The notes under the pieces were generated by a model. It searched no databases. It was not told the DNA's origin and worked only from the letters and a program-made list of their open reading frames with translations. Source: Gemmatimonadota bacterium (GTDB lineage Bacteria > Gemmatimonadota > Gemmatimonadetes > Gemmatimonadales > Gemmatimonadaceae). From it: DNA of 62,727 nucleotides. Below, one piece after another: positions 1-11,915 of the stretch. The translations under genes were made by a program, and so were the position numbers. The stretch spans positions 1 through 62,727 of the forward strand of contig JANMLN010000127.1 of NCBI GenBank assembly GCA_031372565.1. The letters run 5' to 3'. How positions within the stretch are numbered: position 1 is the first letter of the stretch; the number at the start of each line of letters is the position of its first letter.

Positions 1-223
1 GCCGTTGTTGGTGCGGTCCGCCCCCGCCCGCCCCGGTCCCCGCCCCTTCGCGCCGGGCCCCCCCCGCTGCCCTTTTTGGGGGGGGGGGGCGCAAACAACC
101 GCGGCCCTGGCCCCCCCCCCCGCACGACACCGACGCCTTGAGGGGGGGGCCGGATGTGGCTAAGCTTCTAGGCTGTCCATCAGAACGACCCACCACGACC
201 GCCTTCGAGCATCTCAAAGCCAC

Positions 224-1795
224 ATGGCTACCGATTCGACCCTGCGTCCCGGCGAAATCAAGGACATCCTCCTCCGCGAAATCGAGGCGGCCGATCTCGG
301 CACGCTCGACGTCGATGAAGTCGGGTCCGTGCTCGAGGTGAAGGACGGCATCGCCCGCATCTACGGCCTCACCAAGGCCATGGCCGGCGAGATGCTCGAC
401 GTGCGCGCGAGCGAGACGGGCGAGAACATCACCGCCCTCGCCCTCAACCTCGAAGAGGACAACATCGGCGCCGTCATTCTCGGCGACTTCCTGCAGCTCA
501 AGGAAGGCGATGAAGTCCGCCGCACCGGGCGCGTGCTCGAAGTGCCGGTCGGTCCGGAGCTGGTCGGTCGCGTCGTGGACGCGCTCGGCCGCCCGATCGA
601 CGGCATGGGCGACATCAAGGCCACCACGACCCGCAAGGTCGAGAGCGAGGCGCCGGGCATCATCGTCCGTCAGCCCGTCAAGGAGCCCCTCCAGACCGGC
701 ATCAAGTCGATCGACGCGATGATCCCGATCGGTCGCGGCCAGCGCGAACTGATCATCGGCGACCGCGGCACCGGCAAGACGGCGATCGCGATCGACACGA
801 TCATCAACCAGAAGGGGACCGGCGTCATCTGCGTCTACGTCGCCATCGGCCAGAAGGCGTCGACGGTCGCCTCGGTGGTCGAGCGACTCAAGGAGGCCGG
901 CGCGATGGACTACACCATCATTGTCGCCGCCACCGCGTCCGACCCGGCTCCGATGCAGTACATCGCGCCCTACACGGGCTGCGCGATGGCCGAGTACTTC
1001 ATGTACAACGAAGGGAAGCCGACGTTGTGCGTGTACGACGACCTCTCCAAGCAGGCCGCCGCGTATCGCCAGCTCTCGCTGGTGCTCCGCCGTCCGCCGG
1101 GCCGCGAAGCGTACCCGGGTGACGTCTTCTATCTGCACTCGCGCCTGCTCGAGCGTGCCGCGAAGCTCCGCGAGGATGCCGACGTCGTGGACGGCGTGAA
1201 CATTCTCAAGCCGGGTGGTTCGCTCACCGCGCTCCCGATCATCGAGACGCAGGCCGGCGACGTGTCGGCGTACATCCCGACCAACGTCATCTCGATCACC
1301 GACGGCCAGATCTTCCTCGAGTCCGACCTGTTCTACGCCGGTGTCCGTCCCGCCGTGAACGTCGGCATCTCGGTGTCGCGCGTCGGTGGCTCGGCGCAGA
1401 TCAAGGCCATGTAGGGGGTCGCCGGTCGCTTGCGCCTCGACCTCGCGCAGTACCGTGAGCTCGAAGCGTTCGCGTCGTTCGCGTCGGACCTCGACGCCAC
1501 CACCAAGCGCCAGCTCGACCGCGGCGCGCGCACGGTGGAGATGCTCAAGCAGGGGCAGTACCAGCCGATGCCGGTCGAAAAGCAGATCATGATCATCTAC
1601 GCCGTCGCCAACGGCTTCATCGACGACGTCGCGGTCAACAAGGTGCAGGCGTGGGAGAAGGGGTTCCACGAGTTCATGGACACGCGTCACCCGAAGATCG
1701 GCGAAGCGATCCGCACGCAGAAGGCGCTCTCCAAGGACCTCGAGGCGGAGCTCAAGGCCGCCATCGCGGCCTGGAAGGCCGTCGCGCCGAAGTAA
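224..1795 (+). CDS. atpA: F1 ATP synthase alpha subunit, interrupted by an in-frame TAG at 1412-1414
   Basis: GDRGTGKT Walker [26 protein letters not shown]; ORFs 224..1414 and 1430..1795 share one frame ([21 protein letters not shown]). Confidence 0.95.
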
Positions 1796-1819
1796 CCGCT
1801 CCCTCCCCAGGCAACCGAG

Positions 1820-4163
<2,344 letters not shown>

Positions 4164-4165
4164 CG

Positions 4166-4411
4166 ATGCCGCTGACGGTCCAGGTGATCTCGCCGGAGCG
4201 CGTGCTGTTCGAGGGCACGTCGCCGAGCGTGACGGCGCCCGCGCACGATGGCGAGGTGGGGATCCTGCCGAGCCACGCGCCCCTGATGACGCTGTTGGGC
4301 GCGGGGGAGCTCCGGTTGGGGAGCGGCGAGCGCTTTACGGTACGGGGCGGCTTCCTGCAGGTGGCCGACGATGTGGTGCGCGTCGTGACCGAGTGGGCGG
4401 AGCAGCGCTGA
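4166..4411 (+). CDS. atpC: F1 ATP synthase epsilon subunit (short, beta-sandwich only)
   Basis: VISPER, GEVGILPSHAPL, VRGGFLQV; follows atpD. Confidence 0.92.
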   Translation: MPLTVQVISPERVLFEGTSPSVTAPAHDGEVGILPSHAPLMTLLGAGELRLGSGERFTVRGGFLQVADDVVRVVTEWAEQR

Positions 4412-4451
4412 CTTCGGGAATCACGAAGTGGTGTCGTAATGACACATTAAG

Positions 4452-4483
4452 AGGGGGAGATGACTTCTGGTCATCTCCCCTTT
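4452..4483 (+). terminator. Probable terminator hairpin after atpC
   Basis: GGGGAGATGAC-TTCTG-GTCATCTCCCC perfect 11-bp stem followed by TTT. Confidence 0.65.
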
Positions 4484-4488
4484 GTCAC

Positions 4489-4517
4489 TTGCCACATGTT
4501 CCCGAGTTCCTTACGAT
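4489..4517 (+). promoter_or_regulatory. Sigma70-type promoter candidate for first susC
   Basis: TTGCCA-17 bp-TACGAT. Confidence 0.55.
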
Positions 4518-4875
4518 TTCCCCACTGGGGGTTTCCAAGGGCCGGAAACCGCCGGACTGTGGCGTCTTCGCAATGACCGTGTGACGTGGGCGATGCTCAC
4601 GTGCCGACGGCGTGCGAGGTCGTCGCCGTTGTGCGGAGTGGAGTATCGGTTCCCGAGCGAGGGAGGATGAGCCCCACACTGAATTTGTCAGCGTGAAGGT
4701 GTTCGTTGTTGGTTCGTGGTTGTGGGAAGGTTGCCGCTGTGCAGTGGCAACGCAGGTGCGGGATGCATGTGCAGGAGTTGTTCGCGAGTTGTTCGTACGC
4801 AGTGAGTACCAGCAGTGCACGCAGCTTCATCGCAGCAGTTGTACCACCCTTTCACAGTTTCATCGAGGCAACGAG

Positions 4876-7800
4876 ATGAATATTCGGATACGGATCTTGA
4901 GCGGGATCGCGGCGTTGGCTGCGTTCGTGGGCACGAGTGCCACGGCGCAGGCACAGACGGCGACGATCAGCGGCAAGGTGGTCTCGGAGCAGGGGAATCC
5001 CCTGCTGGGGGCCAATGCGACCATCCCCGAGCTTGGGGTATCGGTCGGCTCGAACACGACGGGTATCTTCACCATCGTCATCCCCGGCGCGCAGGTGAAG
5101 AACCAGACGGTCACGCTGCGCGTTCGCGCCATCGGCTACGTGCCGATCAATCGGCAGATCGTCATCAAGGCTGGGACGCAGACGTCCGACTTCACGTTGC
5201 GCGCCGACGTGAACAAGCTCTCGCAGGTTGTCGTCACGGGTGTGACGGGCGCGACGGAAGCCACCAAGGTGCCGTTCGCCACGAACACGATCACGGCGGC
5301 CGACCTTCCGGTTCCGGCCACCAACCCGCTGACGCAGATCGCCGGCAAGGTGCCGGGCGCTGCCATCGTGTCGGCCAACGGCCGCCCGGGCGCGCAGCCT
5401 GCGGTGCTCCTCCGTGGTCCGAACGCCATCTCGGCGGCCGGTCGCGGTCAGGACCCGCTCTACATCGTGGACGGCGTCATCCTCAACGGCCCGCTCCCTG
5501 CGCTCAACCCGCAGGACATCGAGTCGGTCGAAGTGGTGAAGGGCGCGGCCGCCGCGTCGCTCTACGGCGCGCGCGCCGGTAACGGCGTCATCTCGATCAC
5601 GACCAAGTCCGGCAAGGGCCTGGGCGGCGCCGATGGCGTCCGCTTCTCGTATCGCGGTGAGTATGGCTCGAACGACATCGAGCGCCAGATCGGCATCGCG
5701 CAGCGCCACGGCATGTACCTCGACGAGACGGGCTCGCGCTTCTGCACCACGGGCAGCCTCGCGTCGGGCACGGCCATTCCCGGCCAGACCTTCGCCTGCG
5801 TGCGCACGCTCAACTACCAGGCCGAAGCGTTCCGCATCAACGACCAGGGCGGCGACTTCGCGCTGGCGCCGGCGGCGACCTTCACGCTCGATCCGGGCTC
5901 GGCCGTGACCGGTCAGCTCATCCGCAACCGCTTCCAGGCCGAGCAGTGGCCGGGGGCGACCTACAATGCGGTCGAGCAGCTGGCCCAGCCGACGGCCTTC
6001 TACATCAACAACCTCGACATGACCGGGCGGTATGCGCGCACGAGCTTCTTCGCGTCGCTCAACCAGCTCAACCAGGGGGGCGGCATCCGCGGCCTCCAGG
6101 GCTTCCGGCGTCAGTCGGTTCGCGCCAACATCGACCACTCGGTTGGCACGGACTGGAACTTCGCGATCCGCACCTACTACGCGCGCTCCTTCGAGGACGG
6201 CAACAACTTCGAGGAAGGCGGCGGTGGTGTGTTCTTCCGCCTGACCCGCGTGCCCCCGATCTCGAACCTGCTCCGCACGGACAGCAAGGGACGCGTCTTC
6301 GTTCGCAACAACCTGCAGGGCTCGGGCTCGCAGAACGACAACCCGGTCAACCTGCTCGCCTCGACCAACTACGGCCGCGAGACGGACCGCTTCATCGCGG
6401 GCACGTCGGCCCGGTACACGCCCAACAGCTGGCTCGATATCGAAGGCAACTTCTCGTATGACGCCTCGAGCCGGAACGAGAAGCTGTTCCAGGACCGCGG
6501 ATATCGCACGCCGGGCCCTGCGGCCTCGTCGGCGAACAACGGCTTCCTGAGCCGCCAGAACGTCAGCGCGGTGGCGTACAACAGCAGCCTGAACGCCACG
6601 CTGCGCAAGGATTTCGGCACGCAATTCCGCACCCGCCTCAACCTGCGCACGCTGTACGAGCAGCAGGACGGCCTGAACTTCAACCTGGCCGGCAGCGTGC
6701 TGGGCGCGACGGGCATCAACGCGCCGGGCAACATCGTTGACCAGACGCAGATCACGATCGGCGGCACCGAGACCTCGGTCCGGCAGATTTCGTACTTCGC
6801 CGGACTGAACCTGGAGTACAAGGATCGCTACATCGTGGACGCGCTCATCCGTCGCGACGGCTCGTCGCTGTTCGGGTCGGGCAATCGGTGGGCGAACTTC
6901 GGTCGCGTGTCGGGCGCCTATCGCATCACGCAGGAGCCCTGGTTCAAGGTTCCGGGCGTCAGCGAGCTCAAGCTGCGCGGGTCGTACGGCACCGCCGGTG
7001 GCCGTCCGAACTTCACGGCACAGTACGAGACGTTCAGCGTCACCAGCACGGCCATCCAGTTCGGCAACCTGGGCAACCGGTTCCTCAAGCCCGAGAACAT
7101 CGGCGAACTGGAACTCGGCTTCGATGCGGAGTTCTTCAACCGCATCGGCGTCAACTTCACCTACGCGAAGTCGCAGGCCGAAGACCAGATCCTGCTGGTG
7201 CCGTCGCCGGCCATCACCGGCTTCCGCAACCAGTGGCGGAACGCGGGCACGATCCAGAACGAGACCTACGAGGCCTCGGTCAACGTGCCGATCTTCACGG
7301 GCCGCGACCTGAGCTGGTCCGTGCGCACGATCTTCGATCGCACGCGCACCACGATCACCAAGCTCGATGTGCCGCCGTTCAACTTCGGCTCGAACTTGCA
7401 GGCGACGGATGCGGTCTTCCGCGCCACCCCGGGCCGCGCCTTCGGCGAGATCTGGGGCCGCACCTTCCTGACCGGGTGTGAGCAGCTGCCGACGGCGACC
7501 AACACGCCGGGTGGCTCGGTCAACTACCAGGCCGAGTGCTTCAATGGCAACTACTTCGCCAAGAACAACGAAGGCTACCTGTCGTACACGGGCTCGCGCG
7601 CTGGCGTGAACCCGACGAACGGCGGCCAGGGCATCACGAACAACCTGTGGAACACGGGCCTGCCCGCGGCATGGGCGCCGTGGGGCGCGCCGCTCGCCTT
7701 CGGTCACCCGATCGTGATGCGCGACAACAACGGCAGCGCGGTCATCAACCCGCTCGGCAGCTCGCTGCCCGACTACCGCGTTGCGGTGTCGTCGTCGTTG

Positions 7801-8298
7801 CAGTACAAGCGGTTCACCGGCTTCGTGCTCGTCGACGCCACGATGGGTCGCGGCATCTGGAACCAGGGCCGTTCGTGGTCCTACCTCGACTTCCTGAGCG
7901 TGGACGGTGACCAGACCGGCCGCTCGGTGCAGACCGCCAAGCCGATGTCGTACAACTACCGCGCGGGCCTGCCGGACAACGGCGCCGGCTTGGGCGGCTT
8001 CTACGACATCCTGGCCGCGAACAGCAAGATGGTCGAGAACATCAACTACGCGAAGGTGCGTGAAGTCGCACTCAGCTACCGCGTGGGCAAGGTGCAGGGG
8101 CTGTTCGGCGACTGGAACCTCTCGGTCATCGGCCGCAACCTGTACACCTTCACCGGCTACCGCGGCTTCGATCCTGAAGTCGGGTTGGCCTCGGGTTCGG
8201 GCGGCAACAACGCGGGCTCGGCGGCGATCAACGCCATCGATGCCTTCACCTTCCCGAACACGCGCAGCTTCACCTTCTCGCTCGGCACCACTTTCTGA
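4876..8298 (+). CDS. SusC/RagA-family TonB-dependent outer-membrane transporter
   Basis: Signal peptide, N-terminal extension, VVVTG, PLYIVDG, DIESVEVVKGAAAASLYGARAGNGVISITTK plug motif, C-terminal Phe; start taken at MNIRIR. Confidence 0.93.
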   Translation: MNIRIRILSGIAALAAFVGTSATAQAQTATISGKVVSEQGNPLLGANATIPELGVSVGSNTTGIFTIVIPGAQVKNQTVTLRVRAIGYVPINRQIVIKAGTQTSDFTLRADVNKLSQVVVTGVTGATEATKVPFATNTITAADLPVPATNPLTQIAGKVPGAAIVSANGRPGAQPAVLLRGPNAISAAGRGQDPLYIVDGVILNGPLPALNPQDIESVEVVKGAAAASLYGARAGNGVISITTKSGKGLGGADGVRFSYRGEYGSNDIERQIGIAQRHGMYLDETGSRFCTTGSLASGTAIPGQTFACVRTLNYQAEAFRINDQGGDFALAPAATFTLDPGSAVTGQLIRNRFQAEQWPGATYNAVEQLAQPTAFYINNLDMTGRYARTSFFASLNQLNQGGGIRGLQGFRRQSVRANIDHSVGTDWNFAIRTYYARSFEDGNNFEEGGGGVFFRLTRVPPISNLLRTDSKGRVFVRNNLQGSGSQNDNPVNLLASTNYGRETDRFIAGTSARYTPNSWLDIEGNFSYDASSRNEKLFQDRGYRTPGPAASSANNGFLSRQNVSAVAYNSSLNATLRKDFGTQFRTRLNLRTLYEQQDGLNFNLAGSVLGATGINAPGNIVDQTQITIGGTETSVRQISYFAGLNLEYKDRYIVDALIRRDGSSLFGSGNRWANFGRVSGAYRITQEPWFKVPGVSELKLRGSYGTAGGRPNFTAQYETFSVTSTAIQFGNLGNRFLKPENIGELELGFDAEFFNRIGVNFTYAKSQAEDQILLVPSPAITGFRNQWRNAGTIQNETYEASVNVPIFTGRDLSWSVRTIFDRTRTTITKLDVPPFNFGSNLQATDAVFRATPGRAFGEIWGRTFLTGCEQLPTATNTPGGSVNYQAECFNGNYFAKNNEGYLSYTGSRAGVNPTNGGQGITNNLWNTGLPAAWAPWGAPLAFGHPIVMRDNNGSAVINPLGSSLPDYRVAVSSSLQYKRFTGFVLVDATMGRGIWNQGRSWSYLDFLSVDGDQTGRSVQTAKPMSYNYRAGLPDNGAGLGGFYDILAANSKMVENINYAKVREVALSYRVGKVQGLFGDWNLSVIGRNLYTFTGYRGFDPEVGLASGSGGNNAGSAAINAIDAFTFPNTRSFTFSLGTTF

Positions 8299-8309
8299 CC
8301 CTTCGCCGA

Positions 8310-8340
8310 GAGTCCGGTGGCAGCGGTTGCCACCGGACTC
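8310..8340 (+). other. Intergenic susC-susD stem-loop
   Basis: GAGTCCGGTGGCA-GCGGT-TGCCACCGGACTC perfect 13-bp stem, no U tract. Confidence 0.7.
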
Positions 8341-8360
8341 AGGCTTCCTTCCGAGGATTC

Positions 8361-10157
8361 ATGATGCACATGTCCCGTAGGGTGTTCGCCACGCTGGCGT
8401 TGGCCGCCGTGGCGTGCAGTCCCGAAGACCAGTTGACGGTGCAGAACCCGAACAACCCCGAGACGGCCCGTACGCTGGCCCGTCCCGCGGATGTCGAGAG
8501 CTTCATCGCCGGTTCGTTCGCAACGTGGTACGACGCCAGCATGGGCGGTAGCAATGATGGCGTGCAGAACCAGATGGCCGTCATGGCCATGGAGAACGGC
8601 TCGTCCCTCGCGAACTTCGCGATGGGTCCGCGCGGCGCACTGCCGCGGTCCCCAGCCCTCAACGCGCGGCAGAACTTCGCCTCGACGCAGAACCTGAAGG
8701 AGTACAACGCCCTGTCGCGCTCGGCCGCCTCGGCTGCCCTCGGCATTGCACGTCTGGATGCCGGCGTCAACCTTGGCACCACGGCGCAGAACCAGCGCGC
8801 TCGTTCGTTCGGGTTCTTCGTGATGGGCCTCTCGCTGGGCTACCTGTCGCTCGTGTACGACTCGGCTGCGGTCACCAACCCGCAGACCGCCGCGCTCCTG
8901 CTCGCGGGCTCGCCGGCCGCGATCGATCTCGTCGGCCGCGACACGGTCCTGGCGCGCTCCATGGCGTACATGGACTCCGCGATCACGTGGGCAACGGATC
9001 CGACGACGGCGGCAGCCTTCCCGCTCCCGGCGAACTGGATTCCATCCAACGCGCTCACGAGTACGCAGTACGTGCAGCTCATCCGCTCGTTCAAGGCCAA
9101 GATCCGGGCCCAGTGGGCGCGGAACCCCACCGAACGTGCGGCCGTGAACTGGGCGCTGGTGCTGGCGGATGCGCAGGCGGGCATCACGAGCGACTTCATC
9201 CTCACGACCAACACCACGACACTGTTCAGCCCGGCGTGGCCGGTGCAGCACTACATCTACGGCACCTGGCACCAGATGCCGTACTCGATGATCGGCATGG
9301 CCGACACGTCGGGTGGCTATGCGGCGTGGATCGGTGGCGCTCCGCTTGGCGGACGCGGCATTGGCACGCCCAGCATTCCGTTCGCCATCCAGACGCGCGA
9401 CCTGCGCTTCCCGCAGCCGGCGTTCTCTGCCGCGCAGCCGACGGGTGGCTCGGTGCGTGATCAGCTCACGCGTGGTTCGGCGCCGCTCACCGGCGGTGTT
9501 GCGGGATGTTCGTTCCCGGCCACTGCAGTCGCTGGCGCACCGCCAACCTGCACGGCCGCGAATCAGATTCCGCTCGCCGTCGCGGGCGTGGCCGGTGGCC
9601 GTCCGTACTTCCGCATGCGTCCGTCCGGCGAGGATCCGTCCGCTGCTGGCTTCTTCGATTCGCAGTACGACTATTACCGGTTCCGTGCCTGGTTCAACCC
9701 GCCGTCCAACCGCAACGGGGCGTTCCCGCTGATGGTGCGCGCCGAGGTGTTGGGCTTGGTGGCCGAAGCGGCCATCCGGACTGGCAACTTCCCGGCGGCC
9801 ACGGCAGCCATCGACCTCACGCGGGTGCCCAATGGCCTCCCGTCGGTCGCTGGTATCGCTGACCTCGTCACCCCGGTTCCGGGTGGCATTCAGGGGTGCA
9901 TTCCGCGCGTACCGACCGGCGCGACCGGTCCGGTGGTGTGCGGTAACCTCCTCGAGGCCATGAAGTACGAGAAGCGTCTCGAGACGGCCTTCACGACGTT
10001 CGGCGGCTGGTTCTTCGATTCGCGTGGTTGGGGCGACCTGCCGCAGGGCACGTCGGTCCAATGGGCGGTACCTTGGCAGGAGCTCGACGCTCGCGTCAAG
10101 ACGCCGTACGACCGTCCGTTCACCGAGCTCGCCGGTCCGTCCGCGTACGGCTGGTAA
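8361..10157 (+). CDS. SusD/RagB-like nutrient-binding lipoprotein
   Basis: Lipobox-like AVAC, follows susC, RAEVLGLVAEA and YEKRLE...FFDSRGWG resemble SusD C-terminal motifs. Confidence 0.8.
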   Translation: MMHMSRRVFATLALAAVACSPEDQLTVQNPNNPETARTLARPADVESFIAGSFATWYDASMGGSNDGVQNQMAVMAMENGSSLANFAMGPRGALPRSPALNARQNFASTQNLKEYNALSRSAASAALGIARLDAGVNLGTTAQNQRARSFGFFVMGLSLGYLSLVYDSAAVTNPQTAALLLAGSPAAIDLVGRDTVLARSMAYMDSAITWATDPTTAAAFPLPANWIPSNALTSTQYVQLIRSFKAKIRAQWARNPTERAAVNWALVLADAQAGITSDFILTTNTTTLFSPAWPVQHYIYGTWHQMPYSMIGMADTSGGYAAWIGGAPLGGRGIGTPSIPFAIQTRDLRFPQPAFSAAQPTGGSVRDQLTRGSAPLTGGVAGCSFPATAVAGAPPTCTAANQIPLAVAGVAGGRPYFRMRPSGEDPSAAGFFDSQYDYYRFRAWFNPPSNRNGAFPLMVRAEVLGLVAEAAIRTGNFPAATAAIDLTRVPNGLPSVAGIADLVTPVPGGIQGCIPRVPTGATGPVVCGNLLEAMKYEKRLETAFTTFGGWFFDSRGWGDLPQGTSVQWAVPWQELDARVKTPYDRPFTELAGPSAYGW

Positions 10158-10227
10158 GCACGTGATCCGTTTGATCTCGCCTGCGTCCGTGGAGTCGGCC
10201 ACCCCAGTGGGTGGCCGGCGCCATGGC

Positions 10228-10716
10228 GTGCGCGCGTTCGCTCGCACGACGCAGGTCGGGCTCCTGGCTGTGCTGCTGCTCATGCCCACCGTGGGGTGTT
10301 ACGACGTTCGACCCACGATGGACCTGACACCGAAGCCCGATGTGGATGTGTCCCTCGACCTCACGGATGCAGGACGCATCAGTGCCGCAAACCAACTGGG
10401 ACCCGAAGTCCGGTCGGTCACTGGGCGCATCGTGTCGTCGACTGAAACCGATGTCACCCTGGCCGTGCGCGACGTTTCGTACCTGCGCGGTCAGGAAACG
10501 CACATGAGCGGTGAGTCCGTCACGTTCAAGCGGACTGAACTCTCCGCGGCTACCGAGCGGCAGTTCTCGGCCAGTCGGTCGTTGCTCCTTGCCGGGGCGA
10601 TTCTTGTCGCGGCAGGGGTCTTTGTCGGTACCCGCGGTCTCATCGGACAGGGCGGCAGCTCGCAGACCGAACCCATCTGTCCGCCCACTGGATGCAGCAG
10701 CTCGTTCCATCCCTGA
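10228..10716 (+). CDS. Uncharacterised lipoprotein with C-terminal hydrophobic segment (paralog of 22881..23333)
   Basis: Hydrophobic signal ending TVGC; start uncertain (GTG 10162 or 10228). Confidence 0.75.
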   Translation: MRAFARTTQVGLLAVLLLMPTVGCYDVRPTMDLTPKPDVDVSLDLTDAGRISAANQLGPEVRSVTGRIVSSTETDVTLAVRDVSYLRGQETHMSGESVTFKRTELSAATERQFSASRSLLLAGAILVAAGVFVGTRGLIGQGGSSQTEPICPPTGCSSSFHP

Positions 10717-10803
10717 CGGATTCTCGTTGACCCATGCTCCCAGGCTGAACACCGCACCCTCGACGCGGTGGCTGGCCTGACTCAATCCTCCGGAGTCTGA
10801 TAC

Positions 10804-11850
10804 ATGAAGATTACTCGCTACAGTGCACTTGCCCTGCTGCTGACCGCTGGCAGCGTGGCGTGCGAAAACAACACGGGCGGTACGCCGACCGTGATTCCGC
10901 CGCGCGCATACGTGCGCTACGTGAACGCCGTGAGCGACCAGAACACGCTCGACGGCCGCTTTACCGATCTGGTCGAAGGCTCGCCCAACTTCACGGGGGT
11001 GCAGTTCCGCCAGTTCACCCCGTATCAGGCCGTCGATCCGGGTGCGCGCGCCTTCTCCGTCTTCGTGAACCCGCTCACCTTCGCGGCCACGGCGACGCCG
11101 ACTCAGCAGTCGCAGATCGCGCAGTACCTCGTCAAGTCGGGCACGCTCAACGTCACGGCCGGCAAGTATTACACGGTCTATCACGTTGGCCGCTCGGGAC
11201 TCTCCTTCGCGATCCTGCCGGGTGCCTCCGACTCGATCCCGACCGGGGCAACCAACCCCGCGCTCAACTCGCTCGTCCTGGTCGAGGACGTGATCCCGTC
11301 GTTCCCGTCGCCCGCTCCCGCGCAGGTCGCGGTGCGCGTGGCGAACCTCGGTCAGGCGCCGGTGGTCGGTGACACCGCCTTCGCCAGCCTCGGCAATCTC
11401 GACATCTACGTCGATACCGGTCGCGTGACGCCGGCCGCGGTGCTCGTGACCGCGCCGCCGGTGGGCAATGCGTATGCCAACGTGCCGCCCGCTCCGGCGA
11501 CCGGCTTCGTGACTTCCTACGTAACGCTCGGCTCGCGTGCCGCCAGCGCTGCGGCGGCTGCCACGGGCCAGAACTGCCCGGCGCAGACCAACACGTTCGT
11601 GTACTGGGCGGTGCCTGCGGGCACCACGCCGGCTGCCACGAGCGCGAGCATCCGGTCGTGCATCATCGGCGTCGCCGGCACCACGACGCTCAACGGGACC
11701 GGCGGCGCGCAGACCCCGGGCTCGGTCATGACCACGTTCATCTTCCCGGCTGCGCCCAGGTTCACGCCCGCCCGGCGCCTCGGTGCGGCGTTCCGCGCTG
11801 CGGCCGTCGCCACGACGGTTGATCGCAATCCGCCGCGCACGGCTCCGTAA
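10804..11850 (+). CDS. DUF4397-like lipoprotein
   Basis: GGAG RBS, lipobox SVAC, AYVRYVNAVSD, AGKYYTVY, second VAVRVANL unit. Confidence 0.75.
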   Translation: MKITRYSALALLLTAGSVACENNTGGTPTVIPPRAYVRYVNAVSDQNTLDGRFTDLVEGSPNFTGVQFRQFTPYQAVDPGARAFSVFVNPLTFAATATPTQQSQIAQYLVKSGTLNVTAGKYYTVYHVGRSGLSFAILPGASDSIPTGATNPALNSLVLVEDVIPSFPSPAPAQVAVRVANLGQAPVVGDTAFASLGNLDIYVDTGRVTPAAVLVTAPPVGNAYANVPPAPATGFVTSYVTLGSRAASAAAAATGQNCPAQTNTFVYWAVPAGTTPAATSASIRSCIIGVAGTTTLNGTGGAQTPGSVMTTFIFPAAPRFTPARRLGAAFRAAAVATTVDRNPPRTAP

Positions 11851-11874
11851 TCGTTCGGCTCGACCTGCTGGACC

Positions 11875-11910
11875 TCGTCGCCCGCGTTCGCTCCTGAACG
11901 CGGGCGACGA
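11875..11910. terminator. Hairpin between convergent genes
   Basis: TCGTCGCCCGCGTTC-GCTCCT-GAACGCGGGCGACGA perfect 15-bp stem. Confidence 0.7.
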
Positions 11911-11915
11911 TTCGT

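Noticed and set aside
1..150. Long G and C homopolymer runs (possible G-quadruplex or phase-variable tract)
   Set aside because: At the window edge, low complexity and unlike the rest; more likely low-quality sequence
1412..1414. TAG recoding or pyrrolysine
   Set aside because: TAG ends several genes normally here (lemA, TPM gene, M28 peptidase); no pyl genes seen
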